DNA of 64,000 nt, from positions 33,457,559 through 33,521,558 of the forward strand of contig NC_069001.1 of assembly GCF_001194135.2 (NCBI RefSeq), written 5' to 3'. The translations under genes and the position numbers were made by a program. The notes below the pieces were generated by a model. It ran no database searches. It was given only the letters and a program-made list of their open reading frames with translations, and was not told the DNA's origin. Source of the stretch: Octopus bimaculoides (lineage: Eukaryota). Of this stretch, positions 1 through 12,560 are shown piece by piece. Numbering within the stretch: position 1 is the first letter of the stretch; each line of letters begins with the position of its first letter.

Positions 1-240
1 ACAGAGAAGTACTCATTTATGCATACACACACATATATATATTATTGATACATATCTATACCAAAAAGTGTGTATAATCATGCTTTAATCTAAAATAAGC
101 ATATACTTAGTAAGATATGAGCTTGTATATGTATAGGAGTATAGGTATGTATCATCATCATCATTATTCCCAGCATAGCTCTCCACATTTTAGATCTAAT
201 CTGCACTTACATCCAAACATGCATGCAAAATTTATGTATG

Positions 241-281
<41 letters not shown>

Positions 282-304
282 NNNNNNNNNNACACACACA
301 CACA

Positions 305-340
<36 letters not shown>

Positions 341-1846
341 GAGAAAGTGGTCAGGATCAGACATGAGTAGACAGCCATCATCATGTGTATATAAACTGTA
401 TTCAAAATAAATGCAAACAATAAATAAAAGGTGGGGAAAAAATCAACAACACATTGAACCACTCACATACTGGCATGCATATAAACATACACATATATTA
501 ATACATATACATCTGTACATAAATATACACACATAGATATATACATGCATGCATAAATACATACATACACATACATACATACACTCTTTTACTCACAGAG
601 AAGTACTCATTTATGCATACACACACATATATATATTATTGATACATATCTATACCAAAAAGTGTGTATAATCATGCTTTNNNNNNNNNNNNNNNNNNNN
701 NNNNNNNNNNNNNNNNNNNNNNNNNNNNNNNNNNNNNNNNNNNNNNNNNNNNNNNNNNNNNNNNTTACTTTTCTTGTTTCAATCTTGATCATACATCAAC
801 GTTGAATCTAAAGAATTGATGTTATTGAAAGAAAACATATTTCATGGGATGTACTTTAGAAATTTAAAAAATATTTCATACAAAGGTTAAAAAAAAGATA
901 AAATTTTTGTTTTGTGTATTTTGTTTGTGATTGAAAATTTTTTTCTTGAAAAACCTGTTTTTGTATTTTTCATTTCCTTTTTTTTTTATAATTTAAAAAT
1001 GTGAAAAAATTTTTTCCAGATATTTTTTACCTTTGAAATATGAATGATAAAAAAAATATATAGATATGTGTGTGTGTATGTATATATGTAATTTTTTTCC
1101 TTGTTGGAGAAAAATTAATTTGTTGACATAGATGGGGAAATGGTCAGTCATTTTTAGATGAGAAAGAAAACGTGAGAAAATAAAAATAAAATATGAATGA
1201 CTGATGAGATGTATGAAATATAAAAGTGAGAAAGAAAGAGGAAAGAGGGAGAGCGGGGAAGAGGGAGAGATGTGGTGATATTTCAAATAAAAAGTTGTGG
1301 TTAATTTGGTTCTTATATTTTTCTATTCTTTTGCTTGTAGTTTGTGCTGTATTGCTTGTGTTGTTTTGATTTGTGTTTTTTATTTTGTTGTTCTCAGAAC
1401 AAATCCCTCATCCATGGAAAAAAAAAAAATTAAATTTGGAAAATATCTGCTATTGGAATAGCTTCTTTAGTGTTTGTTAACAGTTGGCTGAGATCCAGGA
1501 CTACTCATGCAACATTCTAAACAAGCAAGAAAAACATTCATTTAGCTATACATACACACACACATATACACTCCCACTCACATATACACATACACTCTCT
1601 CTCATACACACACATATCATACAAAAAAAAAATCATACATTGCCATTGAGCTTATTTTTCTATGTTGTTGCAACAGATTTGCTTTGTAGCCACGGTGAGA
1701 GTTGTATGGTAGTGGTTAGTTTCTGTGACCTACAAGACATGCTAGCAATACACCCGATTAGGAGTAGCGAGGGTAGTGTCGGTGGATTTGAAGGGGAAGG
1801 CAGAAAGGGGGAAAGGAAGGGAGGGGAACCTGAATTTTTGCTGTTT

Positions 1847-2060
1847 TTAGAAGTCCATTTCATTGCTGCTAGCACTGGCTGCACTGTCACTAATTATTTC
1901 TAAAGAAGACTCTCTCGTTCCAGTTCTGCTCTCTTGGTCAGTAGAACTATTGCCCATGTAACAACCAGGTTTCCTGCACCATTTCATTAAACCTTCATCA
2001 ACCATTATTTCATTGGCTCGTCCTATTAAAACAGGACCACACCCACATGGAATCATATAA
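1847..2060 (-). CDS. SINHCAF: SINHCAF terminal coding exon
   Basis: Acceptor ttgatttcattacag|T (phase 2). Encodes (I)YMIPCGCGPVLIGRANEIMVDEGLMKWC...EMDF then TAA. Resembles the family C-terminal CCGxxxxGxxGEVxxD motif. Spliced CDS is 663 nt = 220 aa. Confidence 0.92.
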
Positions 2061-2414
2061 CTGTAATGAAATCAAGAAAAAATGAAGAGAAAATAGAATT
2101 AAAAGAAACAAACAAAAAGAAAGGAATTATAAATGTTTGTATAAATAGTTTATAAAGTATATAAGTTGTAATCTGCACTATAAAGTGGTTGGTGACAGGA
2201 AGGATATCTTGCTGTAAAATCCATGCAAGAAACATTATGAGACTATTGCAACTCATACAGCATAAAAAAATTGGGTATCAAATGATGGTGAATGCTAACA
2301 ACATTAAAATAAAAGCAATACATACATGAGAAGTTTCAAAATATGAAAATCAGTTTTAAAATTTTCAAATGTTACATTTGTTCTGAGGGGACTAGATGTT
2401 ATTTTTATTGTTTG

Positions 2415-2685
2415 CTTGTGACAGTACATGGTTTAGTGGTTAGGATATTTAGCTCATGATCATAAGATCATAAGTTTGATTCCCAGCAGTGCATTGTGTC
2501 CTTGAGCCAGACACTTTACTTCTCGTTGCTCCAGTCTATTCATCAGGCAAAAATGAGTTGTACCTGTGATACTAAAGGCCAGCCTTGTCACATTCTGTAC
2601 CTTGCTGAATCTCCATGAGAACTACATTAAGGATATACATGTCTGTGGAGTTCTCAGCCACTTGCATATTGATTTCATGAGCTTT
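2415..2685 (+). mobile_element. tRNA-derived SINE family 1, decayed copy in SINHCAF intron
   Basis: Aligns by eye with the copies at 9740, 14490 and 52302 (shared gtacctgt..aaagg.ccagccttgtcaca...gtctgtggag..ctcagccacttgca core). Confidence 0.8.
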
Positions 2686-2971
2686 TTCTTTCAGAGCCTT
2701 TGAGGCTGGTGGGAGGAGTGGAGGAAGTTATCCTCAGACCAAAAACCTGGCCTGAATGCTTGCAACAAAGTGGACTCAACTTGAGGGCAGGTGGTTGAGG
2801 AGTAGTGGTGCTGTTGTTATTTCAGCCCCAAGCCAGCTTTCACCAAGCTGATCTTATACTCAAACACATTCTACTTATGACAATTCCTGGGATAATACAA
2901 CTTGGATTACATTATCCAATGTATCTTTGAAGGAGATTTGATTCTTATTAACTCAGTAGCAGTAGTTGTAT

Positions 2972-3160
2972 CTTTGTCAGTTCAATAGGGGCACATTTTG
3001 TTAGTTCATTAGAGACGCTTTTGTCAGTTCTGTAGAAGCACCTTTATCAGCTCTGTAGAGGCACCTTTGTTAGCTCAGTAGAGGCATGTTTTTTTAGCTC
3101 TGTAGAGGCACATTTGTTAGCTCTGTAGTGACACCTTTTATTAGCACACTAGAGGCAATC
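2972..3160. repeat. Degenerate 23-24 bp minisatellite (about 8 units, consensus tttgttagctctgtagaggcacc)
   Basis: Direct reading of tandem units in SINHCAF intron 3. Confidence 0.85.
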
Positions 3161-3659
3161 TTGTAAGCCAGGTGAGCAACTGTGTAGATGCTATCTATCC
3201 TGTGACAACAATGTAAAACTGACAGGTACTTTGTTAAGATGATGGGATGAATTCAAATTTTCTGTTGTGTTTAGCTTAGAGAAAAAGATAGCCACCCCAA
3301 CAAATTAAGATGACTTTCTTAAGAAGAAATCTTCAGAGGTGTCCCATGACCATCAGATAGATAACAATCCTGTAGAGACATAATGTTATTTTAACAAACA
3401 TCATACCACTCCAACCAACAAGAGAAGGAACCTTTATGTAGCCACTTGTTAAAAATAGCAGCCAAATCTCTTTCAAATTGTACCCTACCATCTTAGAAAA
3501 GGAAAGATACATTGGATAATGTGGTTCAGGTTGCACAATGCCTATAGTATATGAGATGAACATGGCTGAAATTCCTATGCTTATAGGAATGCTTAGTTGT
3601 CTAAATTTCAACCCTTGTGCCACTTGAGTGTCACCCTCCTTCACAAACAAAACACTTAC

Positions 3660-3786
3660 ATTCGCCAGTAGTGACCATCACTTTCCATCAATGCTTCTTC
3701 TTTCTCTCGCCGTTTCCGTTCTCGTCTTTTGGCAACTATGTGTCCCACTGACCTTATTCCTTCACAGATATCGCAGCTACATGCAA
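3660..3786 (-). CDS. SINHCAF: SINHCAF coding exon 3
   Basis: Acceptor ttctgtccttgtag|TTGCA, 127 nt, phase 1 to 2, open frame (V)ACSCDICEGIRSVGHIVAKRRERKRREKEEALMESDGHYWR. Donor AT|GTAAGT. The YWR end matches the family YWKR motif. Confidence 0.88.
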
Positions 3787-4306
3787 CTACAAGGACAGAA
3801 TTGTTGAGAGTAAAAATTATGTTATGAATGACATGACATCAATAGTAATTAGCTTACATTTAATCTTTTAATTCCCTTTTTTAGCAGAGTTAACGATACA
3901 AACTGGAGAACCAAAGCAGATGAATTCCTTTCAGCCAAAGAACTTACCACAATACAAGGGCACCTGTGACATTTTTCAAACATTTTAAAACAAGTATGAA
4001 GCTTCGGTTTTGTAGAAATAATAAGACAGCAAATTCCACCAATGTCAAATTTGCCTTTCATCCATTTGGGCGTCAATAAATAAGAACCAGTTGAACTGCG
4101 GGGTCGATGGAATCAACTTACCCCCTTTCCCGAAATTGCTGGCCTTGTGCCAAAATTTGAAATCAATATTAGATGAACTATGATATCTATGTCATTCTAC
4201 GCTGGTCTTTCCTCTTACAACAAGTGTTGACAAAAGGTCATTGAAATTAAACTGCTATTCATTGCTTTCTTCTAAGATGCAATATAGGAGTCAATAAATG
4301 CTTTAC

Positions 4307-4409
4307 CTCCATGTTTCCGAGGTTCTCCAGTTTGGTTGTCTACTTTGGTCTGGCGTTTTTTTCTTTTTAATATAGACCTTGCACCTGGATTTAAGCGGAG
4401 ATCAACCAC
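4307..4409 (-). CDS. SINHCAF: SINHCAF coding exon 2
   Basis: Acceptor tattttcag|GTGGTTGAT. Encodes VVDLRLNPGARSILKRKKRQTKVDNQTGEPRKHG, continuing the family WxxVVDxR motif. Donor G|GTAAAG, 103 nt, phase 0 to 1. Confidence 0.92.
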
Positions 4410-4472
4410 CTGAAAATAGTCAGAAAAAAAACAATAAAAAACAATTAAAAAAAACAAACATTCTGTGCATGC

Positions 4473-4510
<38 letters not shown>

Positions 4511-4511
<1 letters not shown>

Positions 4512-5400
4512 TGGGTCATTCCATAATTAATGCAGTTTTTTCAATTGCATGAACTAAAAGTTGGAGGGGGACGGGATAAACTACCTGTATCAACTCGCTA
4601 TAAAAGCAGGTATTAATTTTACCTTGTGCTTATTCTTGGTGCATGTTTTGAAGAGGACAGTTCGATTTTAACAGTTATTTTTTCAAAGCTATAATGGAAG
4701 TGACAAAGGAGCATATTTGGCATATTTTGCTTTATGAGTTCAATGAAGATAACAATGCAACAGAAAGTGTGAGGAATATGAATGCAGTATATGGGTATTG
4801 GACAATAAGTATAAGCCAGTGTCAACGGTGGTTCCAGAAATTCTGAGCCAGAAACTACAGCCTAGAAGATGAGCCTTGTCTTGGAAGATCTGTAGAGCTT
4901 GACAAGAACGTCCTGCAATTCATGGAACAAAATCCCATTGAGGAACTAGCAGAGAAGCTTGGATTTTGTCATTCAACCATTCATTGACACCTGTATGCCA
5001 TTGGAAAAGTCAGCAAATTGAGTCAATGGGTTCCTCACAAACTTTCTGAGTCTAATCGCATGCAGTGAGTGAATGTGTGCTCTTCTTTGCTGTCATGTCT
5101 CACAAATGAACCTTTTTTGGACTGAATAGTGATTGGTGACGAGAAATGGGTTCACTATATAAATGTCAAGCACTGAAGACAGTAGATAGAGTAATGAGAA
5201 ACACTGGTACCCCAAGCTAAAGAATGTCTTCACCTATGTAAGGTGTTATCTGTTTGGTGGAATATGAAAAGTTTAGTCCACTTTGAACTTTTAAACCCAA
5301 ACCAAACGATAACAGCTTGAGTGGCTTAAGTCAGTGCTAGAAGAAAAATGACCATCTTTGGTTTCAAGACAATAGGTCAAAAGAACAGAAAACACACAAA
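4511..5400 (+). mobile_element. Mariner (DD34D) transposon remnant, antisense in SINHCAF intron
   Basis: Broken frame MEVTKEHIWHILLYEFN...SLEDEP...WVPHKL...GDEKW...VWWNMKSLVHFELLNPNQTI with stops and frameshifts. TA plus TIR-like start at 4509. The 3' part is missing. Confidence 0.9.
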
Positions 5401-6554
5401 AAAGCATTAAAACAAATTGACTTAAAATGACTGGAAAAGGACTTGGAGAAAAGGAGGTAACATTAATAACTCTGAACACGTGATAAAAAAAGAGATCTGA
5501 AATTGTCCATGAGCAAGCATCCAAAGGTCAGTTTTCTAAAAGGATTTCTGATCATGATGACAAAATACCTTGTAGTATTAGTTACATCTCTTTTATCTAT
5601 ATGAGAAATTGTTATTATTACTATTGAAGCAGTTATTGGCAGAGAGTCATAAAAGTATCAGATTGTCTTTATGATATAATTAAAACGTATTTAGTTACCT
5701 CCCTTCAATTCTGAACTGAAATTCTGCCATGGTTGAGAGGATCAGTTAACTGATTAACTACATTCCTTCTGTATCAGTATGTAAACATTGTTTAACAAAA
5801 ATGACCAAGTGCAAAGTAAAGAAAACTAATGGGTGCCGATTAAATTGATTGTTGTTGTTTAGACCCAGATCAACCCTGATTGTTTAGACGTTCCAACCTT
5901 GATTAGATACATTATATCTAGGTCTATATCAATTCATGTGTCCTCTTTTTAACATAACTGTAGGAATTATGCCAAGACAAAGGCATTGGAGCAAGAGATA
6001 ATCCTCTGACTCATTGGATCATGCCAGACAGTCCAATCCATGCCAGTATGGAAAGTGGCTGTAAAGATGATGATGATGATGACTATTTGGATTTGAGGGA
6101 GCTTTAGCTGCTATTTCTGGAATATTGAACAAGCATTGCATAAGATCATTATGGCTTGTAGAATTCCATTAACTTGCACGTTATAACTTTAAAACTGGAT
6201 GGACCGATACACATCAGTTCTTATATACAGCCTACAAAAACAGCAGTAAGCATAGGTACCAGGCTAGTATGGCTGGAGATAGATACTAAGTTAGAAAACC
6301 AAGAGGTTTCAAATCCCTAAACCTAGCAGTTACAAGTCAGGGAGCTGAAATGTTCCAGAAGATACCAAGTTGGCAGGTCTTTTGATACCAAGCCAGTGAG
6401 TCTCAAGCATGGCCACTGCCTAATGATTGAAATGAGTGAAAATATAAAAGAATATTCACAGAAACATATTATTTCTAAAATAGTGTATTAAAGCTAATGA
6501 AAATAAATGTGTGAAAAAATATGTTTTGAAATGAAATAGAATATCATGACTTAC

Positions 6555-6773
6555 ATATTCCCAATGTCGATCTTTATCTTTCCTCATCCGCCATCGTTTA
6601 ACAAGAAGCACGCACGCATTGCAGATATCCCCTGATCTGTTGGCCACGTGAAAGCACCGCCGAAAGTCTCTTTCATAACGCTCACTGCTTGTAAAGCGAG
6701 AGCTAGAAGATTTCACGCGACAGATGCAACAGCCCGTCTGGCTGCGATACATCTTATGCCTGTTGCTGGACAT
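6555..6773 (-). CDS. SINHCAF: SIN3-HDAC complex-associated factor (FAM60A family), coding exon 1 (73 codons)
   Basis: Translates MSSNRHKMYRSQTGCCICRVKSSSSRFTSSERYERDFRRCFHVANRSGDICNACVLLVKRW...HWEY. This matches the recalled FAM60A N-terminus (KMYRSxxGCCICRxKSSSSRFT...RSGDICNACVLLVKRW). Donor TAT|GTAAGT at 6554 (phase 0). Upstream acceptor tttttcag lies at 6802, so 6774-6801 is 5'UTR. The ORF track start at 6782 is a TTG; the true ATG is 6773. Confidence 0.96.
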
Positions 6774-8007
6774 TTTGAACAAGTCAAGTCGATAATGTTT
6801 GCTGAAAAATATAGAAACGTTTTTTTTTTATTATATTAGTTTTCTTTTGAAAATCTTCCTATAAAGAAACAAAGCTCAATCATTGTAATTTAGATAAAAC
6901 AAACAATAGTAAAAGATTGATTAGACATTTTCAATGCTGTTTCACCACTTAACCCCCTCCACACCTCTTCCAGACAATTACTTAAACGATTAGCCACATA
7001 ACTAAGTACACAAATGATTATGGGTAATGTAAATTAAAAATGTAGGTAGGAATGTATATTTTGAAACAGTTGAGCCTTTCTCCCTTAAAAATGTTCTCTT
7101 ACTAGTTTTAAAGTTTGTATGCACATGTTACATATGTAATTTAAAGGAGCAAACAGGTAGACTTGTTAGAGTGTTGGGTAGAACACTTCACAGTATTTGA
7201 CCTGACACTCAGCACTCAGAGTTCAAATAATGCTGAACCCAACTTTGACTTTCATCCTTTCAAGTTTGATAAAAAAAAAATGTATCAAAGCAAGGCAGTG
7301 GATTGATAGATTGCACAGCAGCAGATTAGATACCTTGTGGTGTTTGTTTAGCTCTTTACATTTTGAGTTCAAATGCTGCTGTGGCCCACTTGGTTGGTAG
7401 ACTTAATCAGCTACCTGATTTAACATCATCACCTGGTTGGTATCTTGAGTACCTTTAGCAAAATCCATTCTGTTACTAGCATTCAGACAAGGACTCCAGT
7501 TTAAGGATACATTCTTTCCTTCTTACTGGTCTTAGAAGCTCTGTGAAAGGTCATGAACACCACACTACTTACCCTTCTGACTAAAAGATAAGAACCCAAA
7601 GGCTCTGGGTTCAATCTCACTGTGAAGTACAGAGGGTAAGTTGTGTCATACCACAGCCTTAAGATGACCTAAAGCCTGTCAGATAGATTGTACCTACTTT
7701 GAAGTTGATAGACTTAATCCATCACCTAGTTCAACACCACTGAGTGGTTGCCTTTAGCAGAGTCCACTTTGATGCAAGCATTTGGATCTGTTCTCCAATC
7801 TGAAACAAACTAAAATATCTTAATGTGTTGCTTCATACCATAGCTAACAACTGGTTGTCATTTCTTCTTCCCTTTAACTCTATAATTTTTGGAGTCCCTG
7901 ATAAAGGTCATCAGTATTAAACCCTTCCTCTCTTGACCACATAATATTAAAAGAAAAAAATGTGAGGTGCAGGAGTGGTTTTGTGGTAAGAAGCTTGATT
8001 CCCAACC

Positions 8008-8050
<43 letters not shown>

Positions 8051-8470
8051 GATTTAATATACTGAGTAAAAATTCAAAGGAGAGAGAATACATATGTTTA
8101 AAAATCATTTTGGATACTAATTGAAAAATATCTGTCCTATAAATTATTAACGGCGATTACAATAAGCACATATGCATACACACAAAGCATACATACATAT
8201 ACACACGTGCACACAGATGTTGAAACATTCATTCATACACACAAGCACACACACAAACACGCGCGTGCACATGAATATATATGTACCTATGTATACATGT
8301 ATATTAACAATTTGAGAATTGGAGCAATGGGACAACATACAGTTTCTGCTCAATCCTAAATTCCGTGGAATTAAGTGTATGAGCGGTAGGACATCACTCT
8401 TTTGTGTAGTTGTGTGGTTGCTAGTTCGAGAGCTAGCAATCACAATTTAACTCCACTGAATTTGGGGCCA

Positions 8471-8509
<39 letters not shown>

Positions 8510-8769
8510 AGAGAGAGAGCGTGTTTGACAGTTTCAGAAGACAATATTTAAACATAACTAGGGGTTACCCCAGTCATTCTTGTCTTTATTTATTATTATT
8601 ATCATTATTATTATTATTATTATTTATTTATTTTTTTTTTAACTAACAGCAACAGGAAGTATTGTCATCTAATTATATAAATAAATAAAGTAAATAAAAT
8701 AAATAGATAAATAGATAAGCAATGTTTGTATCACTTTTCAGAGAAAGCAGTGCTGAGTAAGGGTGTGCC

Positions 8770-9300
8770 CTAACGAGGTGTTGATACAAAATCAAGATAG
8801 GCAATCAAGGAACTTATTCTGTTGCACTTTTTGGAGGGTAAACGGAATTTTTCTTTATTATTATCTTTTTATATATATATTTATATATAAATTCACACGA
8901 CCTTTGCAGGTCCTGCTTCTCAGAGTCGATGTGGCTGATACGGGGGGAGATCTCGGTGAGTCTGAGAAACATAGTGAAAGAAAGGTAATGAAATGGAGAC
9001 TGTTATGGTGAGAGAGAGAGAGGAGGAAACAGAAAGTGAGTGAGAGAGAGAGAGGGAAAAGAGAGAAAGAGGAAACTGTCACTGAGGAAAGAGAGGGGGG
9101 AGGGAGAACACACGTTGTTACTGAGGAGAGATAGGAGAGGAGGATAAACATTGTTACTGAGGAAAGAGAGAGGGAGGGAAAGAGGAGAACTATCAAGTCG
9201 CGAACAAATTGGAAGAAACAGACGACATATCACGTGACACACTGTCGGTGGATCTGAAATGGTGAACCGCGAATTTTTGAAAGAGAAAAGTTTCAAGAAA
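8770..9300. promoter_or_regulatory. Putative SINHCAF promoter / 5' region, possibly bidirectional
   Basis: CpG content rises abruptly here compared with 1-8.7 kb. GA-rich tract, ATTGG at 9208 and TCACGTGA at 9230. A weak minus-strand donor candidate CAAAG|GTCGTG lies near 8901. TSS cannot be determined. Confidence 0.5.
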
Positions 9301-9513
9301 ATATATATAATAATAATTGAACGACTTAAAAAGTGTTATTCACGATTTTCTTATTTATAAATACGATTTATAGAATAAGGTAAGTAACTGGGTTTTGTTT
9401 TTTCTCTATATTTTAAAACTTTGAAATAACATTGTTTTAAACTTGATGACAAGCGATGTGTGCCAATATATTTCGAAGTCAAAACCATTGAGAAACAATG
9501 TTTTATGCGGTAG
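9189..9513 (+). promoter_or_regulatory. Tandem cassette A: motif block, putative non-coding first exon, donor, short intron
   Basis: actatcaagtc (9189), ATTGG (9208), CAGACGAC, TCACGTGA (9230-9237), donor AAG|GTAAGT (GT 9380), AG at 9512-9513. Confidence 0.6.
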
Positions 9514-9739
9514 ATGTTTCACTCCCGCGAGAATTAAAAGAACAGACGAATGATACAGGGTATTCAATCATGACCATTCGGACAGTGCCTATACGACTAG
9601 GCCAGGGGTCCTTAACCGCCGGGCTGCACAGAAAGAGCAGATTTTAAAATTTTATTTCTATTTTATTGACTACCGCAGTCTACAGAGTGTTTTTGCATTA
9701 TATACGTACTATATGTGTAATGTATATGTAATAAGTTGA

Positions 9740-10113
9740 GGCGCAATGGCCCAGTGGTTAGGGCAGCGGACTCGCGGTCATAGGATCGCGGTTTCGATTC
9801 CCAGAGCGGGCGTTGTGAGTGTTTATTGAGCGAAAACACCTAAAGTTCCACGAGTCTCCGGCAGGGGAGGGTTGCGAACCCTGCTGTACTCTTTCACCAC
9901 AACTTTCTCTCACTCTTTCTTCCTGTTTCTGTTGTGCCTGTAATTCAAAGGGTCAGCCTTGTCACACTGTGTCACGCTGAATATCCCCGAGAACTACGTT
10001 AAAGGTACACGTGTCTGTGGAACGCTCAGCCACTTGCACGTTAATTTCACGAGCAGGCTGTTCCGTTGATCGGATCAACTGGAACCCTTAACGTCGTAAG
10101 CGACGGAGTGCCA
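9740..10113 (+). mobile_element. tRNA-derived SINE family 1, near-intact copy
   Basis: Pol III A box TGGCCCAGTGG (9747) and B box GGTTTCGATTCC (9790), followed by the family core and 3' end gacggagtgcca. Confidence 0.9.
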
Positions 10114-10398
10114 ACAAACAACAAACATGTAATAACTAGATTATATATCATGCATTTTATTGTGTTTTCCGGTCTGTGGGAAAATTGTCTTGCACTAAGC
10201 CGGTCCATGAAGCAAAGAAGGTTGGGGGCCACTAGACAAGACGATACTCATGTTTAAAACTCTATTTTCACTTTGTCATTCAGAAACATGTATAACTTGG
10301 CTTCACGACCGGGAGGGGGGAATATTTTACTTTACGATTAATAAGTGCAGTTGTAGAATTCTTCATTCTTTGTATTGTTGAACGGAATTCAATATTCT

Positions 10399-10464
10399 AT
10401 TTACCAGTTATTCAGTGTAAATTTACCATTTATTCAGTGTAAATTTACCATTTATTCAGTGTAA
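10399..10464. repeat. 22 bp tandem repeat x3 (atttaccatttattcagtgtaa)
   Basis: Direct reading; one mismatch in the first unit. Confidence 0.9.
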
Positions 10465-10984
10465 ACTTTTTGGAGGCGTGTATGGTTGCATCACATCGTT
10501 TTGAATTTTATTTTCTTCCGTTTTGAATTGTTGTTAAAGATGGAAAACTAATTTGCGTGATGTTGCCTTTAATACAATTTTTCTTCGAAAGAAGTTTTCA
10601 CTTGACATGGATATTCTGAGGAATATCTGGTTGCTAGTTGTAAAAGGATAAGTCATCATATAGGCAGAGCCAGATTTATGTATGAGCCATGAACCCCTCC
10701 CCCAAGGAGGGCAGGGGAATATATTGGCTCAGGAGCCCCACTAGAGTTATATTCGGCTCAGTATACAGGAGCCATATGTAGTTTGATTGGATAGTCCAAA
10801 CTATTTGCAACAATATGTACCATAAAATGAAACTATAACCCTCAATATCCAGGTGATGGTGTTAACGAAAGAAAGGGATGAATGGATGGATAGATTAAAG
10901 TGTGCGTGCGTATGTGTGTGTGTTTGTGTGGGTGTGTGAGAGAGAGAGTGAGAGAGAGAGAAAGAGAGAGTGAGAGAGTCATGA

Positions 10985-11292
10985 CCAAATTAGAAGCAGA
11001 CGATATGTCACGTGACACTGCGTTATGGCTGGTTCTCAAATAATCCAGCGCAAATTTTTAAAAGAAAAGTTTAAAATTTAAGAAAATCTATAAGATTGAA
11101 CATCTTGAAAACTGTTTTATTCATGATCTTTTTAATACATAAAATGTAATGTGAAAAACAAAGGTAAATAATTTTCAACTTTAGAATGAGTTGGTTTTCT
11201 CTTATTTAATTTTCAAGCGTAGGAAAGTAATATATTTGATTTCTAGTTTGTCACAAATTGAAGCCATTGAGAAGCAATGTGTTTTGTTATAG
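10985..11292 (+). promoter_or_regulatory. Tandem cassette B
   Basis: GCAGACGA, GTCACGTGAC (11007-11016), donor AAG|GTAAAT (GT 11164), AG at 11291-11292. Confidence 0.6.
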
Positions 11293-11531
11293 ATGTTTTG
11301 TTATAGCTGCTGATTAACAAAAGGGATAAAAGACTAAATTCAAAGACCTAACCAAGAATGATTCCCTCCATTTTATTTAGACAAGTAGGGAGTAACTTGA
11401 GGGATCCTACTTGGCTGCTATTTCTAGCTAGATGGACGACAAGATAGGCTTCAAAAGTTTTGTTTTGCGGTCTGAATTCTTTGCAGCAAAAGTCAATCCT
11501 GCTAAAAGCATTCAAGATCCAGGTGGAGGTG

Positions 11532-11570
<39 letters not shown>

Positions 11571-11644
11571 GGAGGCAGAGAAAACGAGAGGAGCTGAAGG
11601 AGAGAGAAAGGAAGATAGAAGAGAGAGGGAAGGTGCGCGTTGAA

Positions 11645-11947
11645 GACTATCAAGTCATGAGCAGACGACACATGTGATATACTGTGTTATGCCAGTGGTC
11701 TTCAAAAAGTGCGCTGCGGATTTTTAAAGAAAAATTACAAACTTCAGATTAAACATCTTGAAAACCGTTTCATTCCTGATTTTGTTATATACAAATATGA
11801 TTATAAAACAAGGTAAGTAATAGCTTTTTAAATTTTTAACTTTAAAATGAAATGTATTTCTTTTTAAACTTTCCCATAGACAAGCAGGGTATTTGAATTC
11901 TAGCTTGTCACGGTCAAAACTATTGAAAAGCAATGTATTTGTAATAG
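11645..11947 (+). promoter_or_regulatory. Tandem cassette C
   Basis: actatcaagtc, GCAGACGAC, variant E-box ACATGTGA (11670), donor AAG|GTAAGT (GT 11813), AG at 11946-11947. Confidence 0.6.
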
Positions 11948-12183
11948 ATGTTTACTCTTGAGAAAAATTTGAATCAGTAGACGATTGATAAAAGGCACCC
12001 TTCTATGGACACCCAATCTTTATTTCAGGCAATGTGTCTAAGATTGTTATCCAATGTACTCTTCCATCTTTTACGACCGATAGGGAGTGATTTGAGAGAA
12101 TTCGATCGCTGTCTCTAGCAGGTCGAGCGATTAGCTTGACCAATTTAGGGTTCAAAATGGTTGTAAGGTTCAACTTCGCTAAA

Positions 12184-12221
<38 letters not shown>

Positions 12222-12222
12222 T

Positions 12223-12560
12223 GAGCGTTCAACGCACTCTTTGAACAAATGGAAAGAGCAGACGACTTATCACGTGATAGACTGCTGAACACTCCGGCAT
12301 TAAATCAACGAGATGAAATGGCGCGCCACGGAATTTAAAACTTTAGAAAATCTAGAGTCGTGTCTAAACGTCACGAATACTGTATTATTCATGATTTTGT
12401 CATCTACAAACGAGTATATGGTATGATACAAGGTAAGCAATAGTTCTCTAGTTTTAGCTTTAAGCAAAATGGGAGAATGATATTTTATTTGATGCTCCAG
12501 CGTTCTTGCATAAGTAAAAAAACAACAAAAAAACAGAACCAATGTGTCATATCATTGTAG
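12223..12560 (+). promoter_or_regulatory. Tandem cassette D
   Basis: GCAGACGAC, TCACGTGA (12270), donor AAG|GTAAGC (GT 12433), AG at 12559-12560. Confidence 0.6.

Noticed and set aside
4272-4306. In-frame read-through of SINHCAF exon 2 (GKAFIDSYIAS*) as a terminal isoform
   Set aside because: Simple intron read-through to the first stop; nothing in the sequence supports its use.
9240-9400. Cassettes as spliced-leader RNA or snRNA genes (AATTTTTG Sm-like site plus GT donor)
   Set aside because: The Sm-like run lies upstream of the donor rather than downstream, is not conserved in all units, and the putative exon (over 100 nt) is too long and too diverged for an SL.
9380-9513. Intronic C/D snoRNA in the cassette introns (TGATGA at about 9444)
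   Set aside because: No D box or terminal stem, and the C-like box is absent from the other units.
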